Below, in pieces: positions 62,033-64,000 of a stretch of DNA of 64,000 nucleotides. The notes beneath the pieces are model-generated. The model searched no databases, was not told where the DNA came from, and worked only from the letters and a program-made list of their open reading frames with translations. Location: the NCBI RefSeq assembly GCF_032191835.1, contig NC_083223.1:155868001-155932000 (forward strand), written 5' to 3'. Position 1 is the stretch's first letter. Each line of letters opens with the position of its first letter. The position numbers were made by a program, and so were the translations under genes. This stretch comes from Heteronotia binoei. Taxonomy: Eukaryota.

Positions 62033-62440
62033 AATACTTTTAAGTGTTGTTAAGTATTTAAGTCTGCTGTTACCCTGGGGCTTTTCTTGTATTTTACAGC
62101 CATCTAGCAACAAGCACAGCATGTGTCTATCTTCAGTTCAATGTTGAGTTATCAGGTAATTAAATATTGAACATGCATGTGAGAATCAGTTTAGCATAGA
62201 TGGAACGAAGCCCTTATTCACACAGTTCATAGTCAGTTTCTGAAAGCCATTGCTACAGGATGCTGTGATACCCTCTGTTTCTGGCAAGGCATTGCTGTCC
62301 TTCAGTGGAGTCCCAAAGTGAATATTTTTCTGATGCAGGGAAACTTGTGTACTGCATAAAATTTTTAAAGGTATGGGAGCCCTGCAACAGGAAAAGATTG
62401 ACAACCATAGTCGGTTGCATAGATTTGGTTTGTATTTCTC

Positions 62441-62665
62441 TCTCTCTCTCGGCTTGGCTTCGCGAACGAAGATTTAAGAAGGGTGCAATAGTCCACGTTT
62501 GCTGCAGGCTCGCTGGTGGCTGACAAGACCAATGTGGGACAGGCAGGTCCGGCCACAGCGGCTGCAGGGAAAAGTCTGATTTAGGGTTGGTCCTGTAGCA
62601 GTGTGATTCTTCCTCAATCTCCTTTTGTCCTCAAGACCAGCTATGCGTGTGTTCTCAAAGGTTTG
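62441..62665 (-). mobile_element. Probable RTE-clade LINE 3' end
   Basis: (TC)n then GGCTTGGCTTCGCGAACGAAGATTT...GTCCACG...GGCTGACAAG, recalled as an RTE 3' terminus; no ORF support. Confidence 0.5.
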
Positions 62666-63248
62666 TATTTAAAAGGTGAACTAAACAAATGAATGGAGGG
62701 TCAATTCAGCAATATCCCTCAGAGTTGACAGAACTTTACAAGTGAAGCATCCCTATCCAGTGGCAACATATTGTTGATTGACAGATGTTGGAGGCAAGCA
62801 AGATTACTGAATTGTTATTGTCATTGATTATGAGGTTCTTTGGGGTATTCCTGGGGTATTATAAACATTTCTTCTTCAAAAACAGTAAGTGATTTATTCA
62901 GCTCTCAAAACATACACACAGAACAGTGCAACAGTATCCCCATTTAAATACACTCCTGACATTGCTTCCAGCCAATCATATTTTAATAACTATATACAAT
63001 GTTACAAATGTTACAAAAGTCAGCCAATCTGAATGTTCATTTAAGGCCCAATCAGTACAGTCTCCTTCCTGATTGAGCAAAGCTTAGTGTTCTTAGGAGC
63101 CTAGCTGAAGACTCAAACTCTGGCAAGTCAGAATTCAATATATAATACCTGGCTACTGTCAGAGTGAGAATTCTGAAGCAGATGGACCTTTAGAATGTTC
63201 CCTTATGTCTATTTTCTAGGGAAACTGTGGGAAGAAGGAGGAGGAAGT

Positions 63249-63531
63249 GAAGAAGAAGAAGAAGATATTGGATTTATATCCCGCCCTCCACTCCGAAGAG
63301 TCTCAGAGCGGCTCACAATCTCCTTTACCTTCCTCCCCCACAACAGACACCCTGTGAGGTGGGTGGGGCTGGAGAGGGCTCTCCCAGCAGCTGCCCTTTC
63401 AAGGACAACCTCTGCCAGAGCTATGGCTGACCCAAGGCCATGCTAGCAGGTGCAAGTGGAGGAGTGGGGAATCAAACCCGGTTCTCCCAGATAAGAGTCT
63501 GCACACTTAACCACTACACCAAACTGGCTCT
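63249..63531 (-). mobile_element. Squam3-type SINE, full length
   Basis: Reverse complement near-identical to 18134-18416. Confidence 0.9.
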
Positions 63532-63904
63532 ACCACTACACCAAAACTGGATTTATATCCCACCCTTCAGTTAGAGGGTGCTATCACACAAGAGATTTGG
63601 CCTGACCTAGCCACGCCTACTATTCAGATTAAATGTGCATGATCACACAAGGACATCTGCCCTCCAAACCACACCCTTTCCCACCCTGTCTCCAGATGCT
63701 TCCAACCTGGATTAAAGAGCCACCTGGATCTTCCTGGTAGTTTCCCCCTGAATCGTATTTAGGTCGCATATTTGCTGGCTGTTGCATGCCCAGGCATGAC
63801 TCATAAACAGAAGAACAGTGTGATCATGCCAAGCCATTTCTGGCATGTTCGGGGGGGGGGGGGGTTTCCCCTAACTCCGAGGAGCACTTGTGAGCTTCTC
63901 TAAA

Positions 63905-64000
63905 AAACATAAGAACATAAGAGAAGCCATGTTGGATCAGGCCAATGGCCCATCCAGTCCAACACTCTGTGTCACACAGTGGCAAAAAAACAAACAAAAA
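63905..64000 (-). mobile_element. CR1 3' end running off the window
   Basis: AACATAAGAACATAAGAGAAGCCATGTTGGATCAGGCC tail motif. Confidence 0.9.

Overview
Eukaryotic, repeat-dense window from a squamate, most likely a gecko (inferred from Squam3-type and Sauria SINEs and a CR1 family with an (ATGTTCTT)n tail). It is mostly intronic sequence of an unidentified minus-strand gene whose promoter lies in a CpG island at about 51.2-52.5 kb. The main feature is an 11.15-kb Maverick/Polinton (adintovirus-like) element at 29771-40921 with AGTAGTAAATAG termini and a 6-bp TSD (TGCCTC). It retains decayed pPolB, packaging ATPase, minor capsid and chromodomain-integrase genes. It also carries three apparently intron-containing accessory genes with cyclin-docking-like (RxL) or S/T-Q motifs, and a transcription-factor-site array at the right terminus. 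Other notable items: a degenerate DIRS element (about 1.65-10.8 kb) hosting a young LTR-complete Copia that lacks RT/RNase H; a solo LTR carrying a captured DIRS fragment inside polB; CR1 nested in CR1; several hairpin MITEs; and a 601-bp tandem duplication with a templated junction. No CRISPR array, rRNA or true tRNA gene was seen. All family assignments come from recognised motifs, not database searches.
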